From Saccostrea cucullata (Eukaryota): a DNA stretch of 64,000 nt. The position numbers were made by a program, and so were the translations under genes. This document shows, one piece after another, positions 38,405-51,099 of the stretch. The notes under the pieces were generated by a model. The model was not told the DNA's origin. It saw only the letters and a list, made by a program, of their open reading frames with translations, and did not search any database. The stretch covers positions 62,001 to 126,000 of the forward strand of contig NW_026928487.1 of NCBI RefSeq assembly GCF_032062105.1, written 5' to 3'. The first letter of the stretch is position 1. Each line of letters opens with the position of its first letter.

Positions 38405-38749
38405 CAGGCGCGGATCCAGAAATTTTTTCCAGGGGGGGGTCCACCCAGTCAAAAAAAATTCCAATCCCAGAAATTTATTGACAAGCAAAAAAAAAAAAAA
38501 GTTAACTCGCCCAAACGTGAGAAACCTATTTCGTGGGGGGGGGATAGTTTATGACTTCTATTGCCACGAATCTTTCACTTTTCATACCCATTTCACACAT
38601 ATTCATGTTCACCAGTGGGGTCAGCGTTTTCCAGGGGGGGGGGGTCCAAGGTGACTTTTCTCTTGCTTTATTATATACATTTTTTAACCGTTGAAATTCC
38701 AGGGGGGTCCTGACCCCACCGACCCCCCCCCCCTCTAGATCCGCGCATG
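38405..38749. mobile_element. MITE with 5-bp TSD, 144 bp upstream of exon D
   Basis: caggcgcggatccag ... ctagatccgcgcatg TIRs; CAATC on both flanks. Confidence 0.8.
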
Positions 38750-38893
38750 CAATCCCAAAGGTTTTTCTTGCAATGCCTCCTAAGCGCCAACCAGGAAAGA
38801 AACCCGACACACTTCTATCTTTGAAATGTGTCCTTCTATTTTGATTTGGATGGACAGACTCTTTGCTTAAATTATCTTTATTTCATTAATCAG

Positions 38894-39035
38894 GTTTTTG
38901 GATATGTTCAGAGAATATGCTGAAACCGGGATTTATGATAGATTGAACTTCATGTCAATGAGTGAATCAGAAAAACAACAGGAAATAGAAAAATATAAAG
39001 CAATGATTGATAAAATGGAATCGGATTGCAAAAAG
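38894..39035 (+). CDS. Internal exon D of dynamin-like GTPase (coiled-coil/stalk)
   Basis: aatcag|G TTT...AAG|gtaagt; 142 bp, phase 2/0, exactly completing the AG|G (Arg) codon split by exon C; (R)FLDMFREYAETGIYDRLNFMSMSESEKQQEIEKYKAMIDKMESDCKK, helical character. Confidence 0.75.
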
Positions 39036-42000
39036 GTAAGTGTAAAATTACATGCTTTTTTGTAGTAAACATAGAAAGTTCTGTTTAAAATTGGACATAC
39101 GGCCGTATTTTCAGACCGGATGTGAATTTAAAAAACCCGGAATTTTATATAAGCTTCAGATAAAAACGTGTAATCCTTTGAAAATATGTAAATCTATGAT
39201 TATATCTCTAAATAATCGCGCTCATAATATCTGGGAGGAATAATAATGAAAAGAAACAATACAATGACTATAATAGGTCTTCCTTTCTGAACAAAAGACC
39301 TAATAATGGAATTGCAAACCAGGCTCCGGGTTTACAAAAAGAATATATATTGGATCGTGAGACCGAGATCAAAAGTGAGCTTGTCCAAGTTTTATGGCCC
39401 TGGAGCCAGATCTATAATAAAATTATCCCAAACCCAACGTAAAAAGAGTTCAAGAGGTTTTGTAACACTGAGTACCCATGGTCAACTATAGACAGCTCTG
39501 ATAGATCTCACAAAGTCGCAGTGTTAAACAATTGTCAACTCTTATAGCATGACATTTTAAAGTAATGGTCAACTCGGTGAAAAGCATTCAACTGAAGGTC
39601 AACTTACCATTTTATGCAAAACAATTGACAGCTTTTCAGAAAAACATTCGGTTCCTAGTGGTCATTTAGTGGTCATTCAGTTGACTGTTAGTTGAAAACT
39701 AGTCAACTATCGTTTCGTTTGACGAAAAAGGACATTGTGCTGAAAAAAATGTCTTTTTTTCATCATTATGATTTTTTATGATATTTTTAGATAGATAGTC
39801 AATAAAGTAGAGGATTTCAGATTCAAGATAAATTTTCAAATATTGAATGATATTCTTCTCTGGTTTCTGACTAGATGAAGCATTCAAAGTATATTTGCTT
39901 ATATGTCTTATATATTGAGGTGTTAGAAATTTAAAAGACCATTTTTTTCTTTCCATATCACAATTGTACAACTTTAAATAGAAATGGTAAACTGCGTTTG
40001 AAAACTAGCAGGGATATATTTTTGGCGGAATGGTGGCGTTAAAAATATCGTCTTTTCTGCCTCTCAAAATTAAAATAGAACAATGAATTTAGTTATAATT
40101 TTTACACAATCAAAGACTTGGAGAAATTTTCAAATGTAAGTTAAATTTATTTATAAGGGACTAAACTTTCAAAATATATCAAATAAATATGATTTTTCAA
40201 AAAAAAGGAACTTTAGTAGCTTTTAAACGCTTCTATCAAACCGCAGATTTGAGCCAAAAATCTATAAAAAGTATTTTTTTCCCTCTTAGTAAACGATCAA
40301 AACTTTTTGTTTTTGTATCATTTTGTACTTTTATACGACTACTTTATTATATGTGAAAATAAGAAAAAGTTAAATATTGGAAGCATATGAAAATGACTAA
40401 AATTAATATATCCTAAAAAATTAAGAAAAATAGAGAAAATTCGGATTAGCCAATATCCAGTTAATTTAGATTATTTATGTAAATTTTGTAATATTGTGCT
40501 ATAGACTATATATATTGTGCTATATATAGTAGTGTGTTTTAAGCAAAATGAACAATCATTAAACTTTTGAAATAAAAGTAGGTATCACATGATTGGCAAC
40601 AGTTATTTTTTATTCTTAATGTCAAGGAAAAAGGTAATGACCTTGACCTGACCTTGCCTATTATATACAACGGTCAAACTTAATTTAATTGATACTATCA
40701 CTTACTGGTATTGTCTTCTTGATTCTGTTAAAATTTCATTAATTTTTAGATATTAGAAATATGAGAAGAATCCTACTTTAAGACGTCTTAAAAGTACGAA
40801 ATATTCCCAATTCGAAATGTAATATAACAAATGACACTTAAAAAAAAATAAACCCTATTCATATTTTTAAAAATGTTAAGATAGGTCGTCTTGCATTTAA
40901 TTATATATGCTTAAATATTTCAACTATGGACAAAATGATGACTCCATAAACATGGAGAATCAAAATTCTACTTAGACACTGTAGGGATTGGTATCTGTCA
41001 ATATCTCAAAAAAAGGTTAAATACCTAGTGATAAAATATCTATAAGCTAGTTAGGGCGTATTAAATACGAAATGCACAAAATGTGAAGATTACCTCAATA
41101 TTGTATGGACATCGTTAAACACGACTGTCACATAAACTTCATGTTTGTATTAAGCGAGTACAGGACTATGACGTTACACTTAAGTCAAAAACGCGAAATA
41201 AGATACACCTACAGAAGATTTCTGTAAACAACCATGCAAAAATAAATTTTGTATCCCATACAATACAAAATATACTACAAGACAATGATTAAGACCCGTT
41301 ATGTAACAATACTGTCTGTGCCTCACCAAGTATGATCTTGCATTACAAAGAGATTGTGTATGACGTCAATGACTTCTTGGAAGCTCAATGCAGAGAAACA
41401 GAGTAGTGATTCAATCTTTTCTATAATTTGTCAATATTTACAAGAAAGTTTAAGTTTTTGAAAATGAAATAAAGTATCATAAAATCATAACAGTACTGAT
41501 GGTTTAATACATGTTTTGAACTTAACCCAAGTATCCAAACTCCGTCATTAAAAGCGGAAAAACACCCCGGCCACGTTACCCTCATAATGATTTCTTGTTT
41601 GCTACACATAATTATGAACTTAAACTTAGTTTTTAATATGTTTTACGGTGTGACCGTTGGGGCGAGCGCAGTTGTACCATCATAAACACTTGAGATCAGC
41701 CACTTCGAACGTCAAGCCGCATGAGATATCTCGACTAGCTGTGACGTCATACGACGTCACAAAGCTCGTCGGAGCTTAGGGAGACAGCCGAGCGTCTGTT
41801 TGAAACTATAGAACAAGAGATTTTTTGTCGAAAAACATTGCAGAGTTATTTCTTGTTTCTTTGAAAGATTTCTACAAACTGAAAGTCTGATATAAACACT
41901 GCGACATTTAAGTCCGGACACGACAAAGTCCGGACTTTTAGGTACCCTTTCGAAAAGACCTACATTAGATTTTTTTCTATATTTTGGTGGGATTTTTTAT

Positions 42001-42779
42001 TCTGACCTCATCATGTCAATCTCAACTTCCACATTGTAGTAGTTCTCTCATAAACCTCTGTCAAAACCTAAAATCCCATGGGAGAATGGCGGGATTTTTC
42101 ATCCCACCAAAAATCCCACCAAAATCCCATGGGAGAAAAAAATCTTTGAGGGATTTTTTCTCCCATGGGATTTTTTCTCCCATAATAGGCGACATAGGAT
42201 TAAAAATCCCATATTTGCCCTTCTTAGGATTAAAAATCCTGCAAAGTACATAATACTGGGTATTTTTAATCCCATGGGATAAATAAATAAGCAGATATGG
42301 GAATAATGGGATAAGAATGCAATGTCTGAATATACTTTATGAAGCATTTTATCTTCAATCATATACAAATTCAAATTATTTTTTATGAGGCAGATCTAGA
42401 GGCATAACAATGCAAAATTGACTGCTATATATCCATTGTTTAACTGCTTTTGTAGAGCCATTTTATTTAAAGTGAGGGTCATAAACAAATCCTATTGCCA
42501 GAGAAAACTCAACCAAATGACTTGCCAAGAGAAGAGGAGTGTTTGAGATACTGATTTTTATTTGTTAAGAAAAAGTACAATCAACCGAAAGGGGACTTCA
42601 ATTTGTGCGAGTGACACTGTCTTATCTTTGTTTGCATACAATACTGAAATCACCTGATTCTGTTGAGTAATGACCAGTTTCCAAAACTGCTTCCTGATGG
42701 AAAAAAACTGCATTAGTGGGAATCTTCTGTAAACACTTGGATGGACAGCAATTCTTCTTTTTTAAAAAACTATAATAAA

Positions 42780-43870
42780 AAAATCCTTTGATCCACCACA
42801 AATATTTTAAAATAAAAAATTTACTCCTCAAGGATCCACCACTAATGTAAGTTAAGACCATGATCACACATGGCATATAAGCTTAATTTTGAAATCAGTT
42901 AGCCATAATCATTTATATCCTTTGATCCACAACAAATATTTTAAAAAAAATAAAATTAATATCCACTCCCCATGGATCCACCACTTATAAGTTTAGATCT
43001 TGATCATACATGACATATAATCTTAATGTTTGAAATCAATTAGCTATAAGCCTATAATCATTAATATCCTTTTACCCATCACAAATACATGTATTTAAAA
43101 TTAATATCCACTCCCCTTGGATCAACCACAACTACTATACAACATAAATACCGGGGTATCCACTCCCCCTTGGACCCATCACTTTAAAATTAAGATCATG
43201 ATCAAACATGACATATAAGCTAAATGCTGATATAAATTAACCACAATCATTGATCATTAATATTCTTTGATCCTGCACCCACCACAAATATTTAAAAAAG
43301 ATTAATATCCACCCCCTTGGATCCACCACTTATAAGTTTAGATTTTGATCACACATGATATATAAGTTAAATGTTTAAAATCAATTAACCATAAACATCA
43401 CATGATTATTATTGATTCCTTTGACACATTACAAAATTTAATACACGTATTTAAAAATATATCTATCCACCCCCTCGGATCCACCTCAACTATCAAAACA
43501 ATTACTGGTGAAATATACATGCCTTTGGTCCATCACTTATCACACAAAGAAAGGTTACTTAAATGTTTAAATAAATGCGCAATAATTATTAGTATATGTT
43601 ATGATGATCTACAATAAGCATGATAAGTAATTAAAAATTCAATATCAACTCCCCTTGGATCCACCACTCATAACTTTGGACCATGATATCACATGACTTA
43701 TAAGCAAACTGTTTGAAATCAAATAGCCATAATCAATAAGATAAAGCCTCTTAATTAGATCAACCTACAAATAACTCATTTTGATTTGTCTGGGGTGAAT
43801 GTGAAATTCAAAACCATGCAATAAACAAAGGAAAATATTGGAACCCATTACCTTTAGATCCACCATCCTG
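42780..43870. repeat. Degenerate ~140-bp tandem repeat (6-8 units)
   Basis: ggatccaccac..taagttt.agat..tgatcacacatg.catataa..tgaaatcaattagcc recurs at ~42831, 42974, 43119/43172, 43319, 43478, 43658, 43856. Confidence 0.75.
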
Positions 43871-44364
43871 TCTTTTGGATATTGATCACCAATCTGATTT
43901 ATTCTCTTTATCTTTTAATCATTATGTTGGGTATCTTCATCATCCTTATGAATGAATATATAAGAATGAAATTTAATTACATCTCGTATGTTTCTCTTTA
44001 TTAACATAACTGAAATAACCACCTACCGGCAAAAAAAACAAACCCAGGTACATGTAATGAATATGATGAAATAAGACATTTTTATCAATGCATTCAAAGC
44101 TTAATACTACGGTGCTTTATTTACCACCAGTTTTTGAAATGTATCCCTATCACCATGATCACATCCATCAGCTTGACTATTAAAACTACATTGGATAACA
44201 AATCAATTAAGTTTTTACATACATTATGTTCACTATAATTAATGTTAGAATTTATATGTTGGAAGTGAACAATAATTCTTTATGTTTCTAATTTAGTGTT
44301 ACTAGGGGTTTTGAAAAAATATCAAATTGTGAAAATGTTTGCATTATTCAAAGAAATATACAAA

Positions 44365-45233
44365 AACAAGATGTGTATGTGAAACACTGTGCCCCCACAG
44401 CAACAAAGTTTGAAAAATCTATTCTTAGCATAAAGGTTACAGTCAAGGTCACAAGGTCATTGACCTCGATGTCGTTTGAAAGCACTTAACTAGTGAAGTA
44501 GGCATACCAAATATATATCAAGTCTCTATCTCCTATTGTTTAAAAGTTATACCGAAAGTTCGAAAAATCTAATTTTAGCATATAGGTCACAGTCAGGGTC
44601 AAAAGGTCATTGTCCTTGGTGTCAGTTGAAAGTGCTTAATTAGTGGAGTCTATGCATTTTATATATGAAGTCTCTATCTTGATCTGTTCAAAAGTTATGG
44701 CTAAAGTTAAAGTTGATAACAAATAGAACAAGCATTCTGAGAGTATTGCATAAGCAATACATGTCCCCTACCGGGTTCCCCTTTTTCTTCTGGATGTCAT
44801 TTTATAATATGCAAAAGTCATGTCCAAGGTAAAACTGAAAGATTTTCAAGTTGTAAATGCCTTAAAACTAATAAAATAATCCACATTAAGATGAAAATTC
44901 AACTCATTTCTCCACCGTCCTTTTCTGGCTTCATATTTTTGTCGACAATCGGAAGTTAGCGCAGTTAGAATCTGATCTCAATTAAGCGATTATGAAAAAA
45001 TATTCAAAATGCCCTAATTCTGTCAAAAATCAATGAAGCAAAGCAAAATTCAAACTTGATCTGTAACTCATTAAGACACACTCACATACCAAAATTCAGC
45101 TCAATATCTGCAAGCATTTAGAAAAAAAAGTGTGGAAAACCAAGTGGGACAGACTGATGGGGACAGACAGCTAGACAGACGGACGGACGGACGCAGAGGA
45201 AACCTATAGCCCCCCCCCCGGTAGGGGACTAAT

Positions 45234-45264
<31 letters not shown>

Positions 45265-45451
45265 AGAGGTCAAATTTGGTGGTACCCAAAGAAAGGTTAT
45301 GTCACAAGTAACACACCTATGAATTATGAAAGCCATAGCCCCTACCACTCAATAGTTATGGGCTAGGTTAAAGTTGGGGGACAAACAGACAGACAGACAG
45401 ACAGGCAGGACAAAAACAATATACCCCCGATCTTTTGATCCGGGGGCATAA
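44365..45451 (-). mobile_element. HINE (aaggtcaaggtca family) containing a second nested HINE at 44727-45232
   Basis: Outer: aacaagatgtgtatgtgaaacac .. (gaca)n .. cccccgatcttttgatccggggg hairpin; inner: aacaagcattctgagagtattgcataagcaatac .. (ggac)n .. ccccggtaggggact. Confidence 0.7.
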
Positions 45452-48400
45452 TTACAGAACATAATTTCCAGATTTCTTTTTCATCAAACATAGTTTTAGA
45501 AGAGGTGTACAAATCCATATAAGACATTCAAAGTATTGTACCCAGGTCCTTCATTAAGTGAAACTCTGAAACTCCAGGGAAGATCCTAATAAAGTTCAAA
45601 CTACCGGTATGTTGCGTATGACCTTTAGAGAACTGAATTTTCATTCTGCATAATGCAGTCAGGCGATATTGATCGATATTGCTTTTGCATTGAAATAGAT
45701 CTAAATGTATGTCAAACTTGATATATTTTTTATTCTGTCAGCTACTTAAACTTCCTAAATATAAATTATTGTTAATTATTTAAAAGAAGACCTAAATTTT
45801 TATAAAAAGCATCTACCGGGTATGTGCAACATCATGTCAAGGTCAGTCAATCCCTTTTAGTGGTTAGTGGTTCTATTGATTTTTGTCATCCTTTTTATCA
45901 AATGCAAGATTTCATGATAATTAATAATTGAATCTAATCATATGTCATCTGTAAGTCTGTTGGTCTGCTCATCTGTCACAAAAACTTAAAACCTTGGTCA
46001 TAACTTTTGAATGAGATGAGATAGGGCTTTCGACATGTTCAGATTATACATGCATTCCCTGCGGTAATTCCTTTCATAATGAACTAGTACATGTAACTAT
46101 GTTTTTAACTAATAATGATTTTTGACCATGGTACCTTAACCTTGAAGTATGACCTACTTTTCAAAAATCCTTTTGACTTTTGATTTAAAAGAGATAGGGT
46201 TTCATATTTTACATGTGCATTATCTGTGACATGATATTTCTGTGCATGCTATATCTGACACCTTAATATTTACCTTCATGTTTGACCTAATTCAAAAAAG
46301 TGGTGCTACATTACATTTTAATGACATATGATAGGTCTTGCATATTTCACAAAATATGTTGTATATGCTATCATGGCTTTTATAACAACATTTCACCAAA
46401 TATGAATAATTCACATGATACAGAAAAAAAAATTATGATTCCATAAGGTACTTCCATAAATATCATTATGATTGGTTCTTTGATTTTGACGTTATAATTT
46501 TTGGTTCACATTTTTTTAAAAAGAAAGATAGAGATTTTACATCTATACCACTGCAGCAGTTGATCAGATCCACCCTTGTGAGTACCCATAAAAGAACATA
46601 AATCCCCCTCCCCCCATTTAGGGCTTCATTTTTTAATTTATTCCAAATGTCAGACCGAACATTTATTAGTATCCATAAAAATACACTGAACTTGAACTTG
46701 ATTAACCTTAGACAGGCACAATGTGACATTAAAATCTAACTGATATGTGACATCCTAGCAGACAAAGTTGCAACTTGTGGGAAAAAGCTATCCATGCCAA
46801 AACATATTCCTCCTCCCTTGGGTAAGACAAAAAACTAATAAACGTTATAAAAAAAAATTGACCATGTTTACATCCCAAAAAATCTTCAGTCTCTCTGTGG
46901 TAATATCTACCTGTCTACCACATAGAGATCCTTGATTCCATTTTGCAAGAAATAACCCCAATCAAATTCATAGCATGCACAGTGTAATGGGCTAGTAACA
47001 GCTGAGTAATATACAGGTCCAGTACTGGACCTGATATACTTACATCACTCCAGTCTCGTACACATATTCATTTCTTCAGACACTGACAGCAGAATTCCAA
47101 TGGAACTTTTGGGGATGATGTTAATGGAGTAATTCACACACGCTAAATCAATCAAACTGATTTAAAAACCTGCGTGAATTAACCCTTGTTAAAATAAAGT
47201 TTAGTTTTAAAACTTCTTACTTCCATCATCATGACGGTGGTCTTCTTACAAAGCGCTCATTTGATTTTGACAAAGTGTGGACTAAAAGGCCGAATTGACT
47301 TTGACCTAGTGTTCACTAAAAGGCCGAAAAGATGATAACCCAACTGCAGTAGATTTATTATTTTTCTAATTGGAATTTTCAAATCTACTTATATCAACTG
47401 TATATTAACTGCTCAATCTGGTCTTGTTCTAATTAATTTTTTTCTCATAATTAATTTACTGTTACAAGAATATGTAAGATACCAACATTACTCAGTTTTC
47501 TATAAAAAATATTCATTGAAATACAGCTAAATCCCCCCTCCTCTACCAAGTTAATACTATGGTAAAGTAATATAAAGAAAATGCAGTATATTATACCCCA
47601 AAATGGTACAGTACGAAGTCGGCATAAGAAAAAGTTGCCCCCCCCCCCCTCAAAATAGCATTTCCGAATATAGAAACTTGCGTATTTGGGCAATGTTTTT
47701 TTTATTTTGTGCTTATCAACTTCTCCAGGCCAAATAATTAAAAAAAAAAAAAACAAAAAACAATCGTCTGGCTCCCCCTTTTAAAAACGATGCTACGTGC
47801 CTGAATCATCAGTTGATTTATTTTTCATTTCCATGTTTTTTTTTTAATTGAAAGAATTAACTATCAATTAATAAAAGTTTTGTGTTGACAGTTGTGCCAG
47901 ATGGTATAACAACATGCTATATTGCTATACAATAAAATAAATTTTATACATTTTATTTTATAATTTCAATTTTATTTTTATTCCACATTGCAAATGCATG
48001 GACATCGCGTACTAGGTATGATAGATCGAGGAGGCACATTATTCAATCGGCGCACAGAGCATGGTCGAACCACTCTATACACAGAGGATTGAAAATCTAT
48101 TGTAAGATTCACCCTCAGGGCTGTATTCCGAGGGGTACACATACACGCACATGTGTATATTACAGGATTCGGATCCACACCTACATACTGACACCTGCCA
48201 TTTCTTATTTATTGCATAACAATAGGCGTCTAGTCCCGTCTTCGAGCAATGTCTACATGTACAAGTTTCAAAATGTTTATTTCAGATTTTAAAATTATAT
48301 ATGGTTCATCATTTCTACCTCATCTGAGGAAGTATATAAAAGATTGCAAGCGTGTTTAATTTTTTTTTTAAATTTTTTATTAACAATTAATTTGTTAAAT

Positions 48401-48544
48401 TTTTTTTTCATTTAAAGTTTTAAAATATTCTTATTAAGATCTGCTTTTGAAGGAATATAATGATTTATTAAACATCTTTTTTTCCTTATAGGTTTTTGAA
48501 CTCTGAACATATTTTATTTCAAATGTCAGTTTGTTCAGCATTAA

Positions 48545-48917
48545 CATAGGCGTCGGAACCGGCTAGGGGGGGGGCTTAGCCCCCCCCCCCCCTCCCACTT
48601 TTTTTCCCAATATATACTTACATATGTAGTATAGACATTGAACATATCTTCGTAAGTTTAGCCCCCCCCCCCCCCCACTTTCCATAGATATGTCTTAGTA
48701 TAGGTTAAAATTGGTAAAAGTGTTGGTGTTTGGAAGAAAATTTCATGGTACTAGACTTCAAACCTCCCCCCCCCCTTCCAAGAAATAGGATTTTTGTGTT
48801 TGGGAAATAGACATTTCCTTTTTTTTTTTTTTGCTTGTCAGGTTTTTTTGGAGGTACAAAAAATTTTTCTTACACTTAGCCCCTCCCCCCACTTTCAATT
48901 TGCTTCCGACGCCAATG
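48545..48917. mobile_element. MITE with CATAGGCGTCGGAA termini
   Basis: cataggcgtcggaa ... ttccgacgccaatg; ATTAA on both flanks; poly-G/poly-C tracts. Confidence 0.8.
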
Positions 48918-51099
48918 ATTAAAAAAATGTCAGTTTGTTCAGAAGTTAAAAAGAATAAGTGATGGTAGTGGAAAATCTACATCTGGAGCGTGTAGATATT
49001 TTTTCTCGGGAGTTAGCAAAAGAAGGATGAAAAGGTTTAACTCCAAACTCTATAGTTGCTGTAATATTAATCAAACATAATGTGAGATTATGAAAATAAA
49101 TAAAACCAATAATTTTGATAAAATTTCCGTGAATTCCAACTCGGATGAAAAATAACATAAAAAAATTCACGTTCAGTTTAAGTTAATACGTGGTCAATAT
49201 TAATTTTCGAAGTAAGGTCTTTTGCCATTTACGGAAAAAAACCTATTAAAGGTTGTCTAAAAGTTTATGGGAAAATAAATGATACACAAAATAAATGTTT
49301 TAATTCTTGCTTTCAAAATGTCTCATATCCGATCTAGTCTTCTTATACTATAAGATCCGCTTTGCAGAGTTATGTCCCTTTCTAGGATCGAAGATGAAGA
49401 TTTGAAAATTTATACATATGATCATTTCATTACCTAGAATCATTTTTTAAACTAAACAATAATAGCTAATGTATTTTTTTATTTTACAATACGTAAGACG
49501 ATAACTTTTTCTTTGAAAGTTTATTATAGAAAAATAACAATTTATAGATTATTGATTTAAATTATCTTGAGTAAGTAAAGCTGTCCCCGGGGAACTCTTG
49601 GTTTATAAGGAATGTAATATTTCAAATGTGTATGTGTGTTTCTCCTCTTGTTTTCAGGTTATACTGCTTTAAAAAGAGAGAGAGAGAGATAAAAAAAGGT
49701 TATAATGCTTGTTTAATTCAAGTCCTTCAAAAGCACAGTTTAATCTTCAAATTGAATTATCTACGTTGCGATGGGAATTTCAGAATACACAATTACTAAA
49801 AATTTCAGTTATCAGTAATAGTGTAATTGGATTAATTGATATTGAAAGTAAAGAAGAGCAAAGTACACAAAAGTGCACAGTACACCATCTACAGTCGCCA
49901 AATAACGGAAAGCAAAACTAATATTCCTTATACATTTTCTAGTAATTCAGTAAACAACAAACAACAACTAAAGAGACCCCCGAAGTTTCAATTACGCTGC
50001 GAATATTATGGAACAAAATTTTAGAATTTATATTAAACCCCATCCCATCCAAAAAGAAAACAGAAAAGGCTTTCAGAGGCCTGATTATTTCAGTATGCAT
50101 TTTACTTGATCTTTCTAGAATGATTAAAAAATAACAATGATGTAATCTTTTCAAATAAAGTGTTTAGTTGCTTTTTCCCGACCGACTGACAATTTTCATT
50201 AAAATGACCCAAATCAAAACTTTTTAAATTCCCGGTCGTGTGCGATGTTTTTCTCTCTCTCATACCGCTTATGCAATAATTTTATACTGTGTGAAGAGAG
50301 AGAAAAGAGAGAGAGGGGAAGCCATTGATAGTCTGACCACTGAATGCTTACATGCAAAGCAGTACCCAATTGATTTAATTGCAGGAGTGTTGAATCTTGA
50401 AAAGCAGTCTTAATTAAAATCCCTTTTATAAGTGTTGTTATGAAAGAGATGATTTGCAGATGGGTTTTCAATTAATTAATTCTAAAAAATCTTTTTAACT
50501 TTGTACAAGAGCAATCAACCTGAAATCAGTGAATTTCACACCTTAAATTTCACACCTTTGTAAATATATTGAAATTTTGCCCGAAGGAAGGTTCTCATAC
50601 CTTTCAGAGTTTAAGTCTATACCATGATATACACATATATTCCAGAATTCATCTCCACACTGCATGACTGATCATTACACGTGCCGTTTCCTGTTTATTT
50701 AATCCAATTGTGTATGTACATACCCTGGTATCTTGTTTCAGAGTAACTACTCTCAAAATTATTTTCAAAAGTTTTCCAAGTAAAGAGCACATTTCAAAGT
50801 GTTGATTGATGAATATACATAAAATATTAATTATCATTATTAATAGATACTATTTTTTGAAATTTTATTAATTGATAATTATATTGACAAGTATAATTAC
50901 CAATGGAAACAGTCATGAAAATTATATCTTTTAAGTGAAAAATTCAACATATTTGGATGTGAGCAGAGACCTAGTAATATATCTGGTATTTATGTCCCTG
51001 ATGTAAGACTCATTCAAAAATCTGTTGCAACTTATTTCAATAACCATGATAACTAAGAATTCATACATGTATAATATATTTTTCAATATCTTCTTATAT

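Noticed and set aside
48491-49680. Candidate acceptor sites (48491, 49657) for the next GTPase exon
   Set aside because: The phase-0 frame hits stop codons within a few codons (GTT TTT GAA CTC TGA; GTT ATA CTG CTT TAA).
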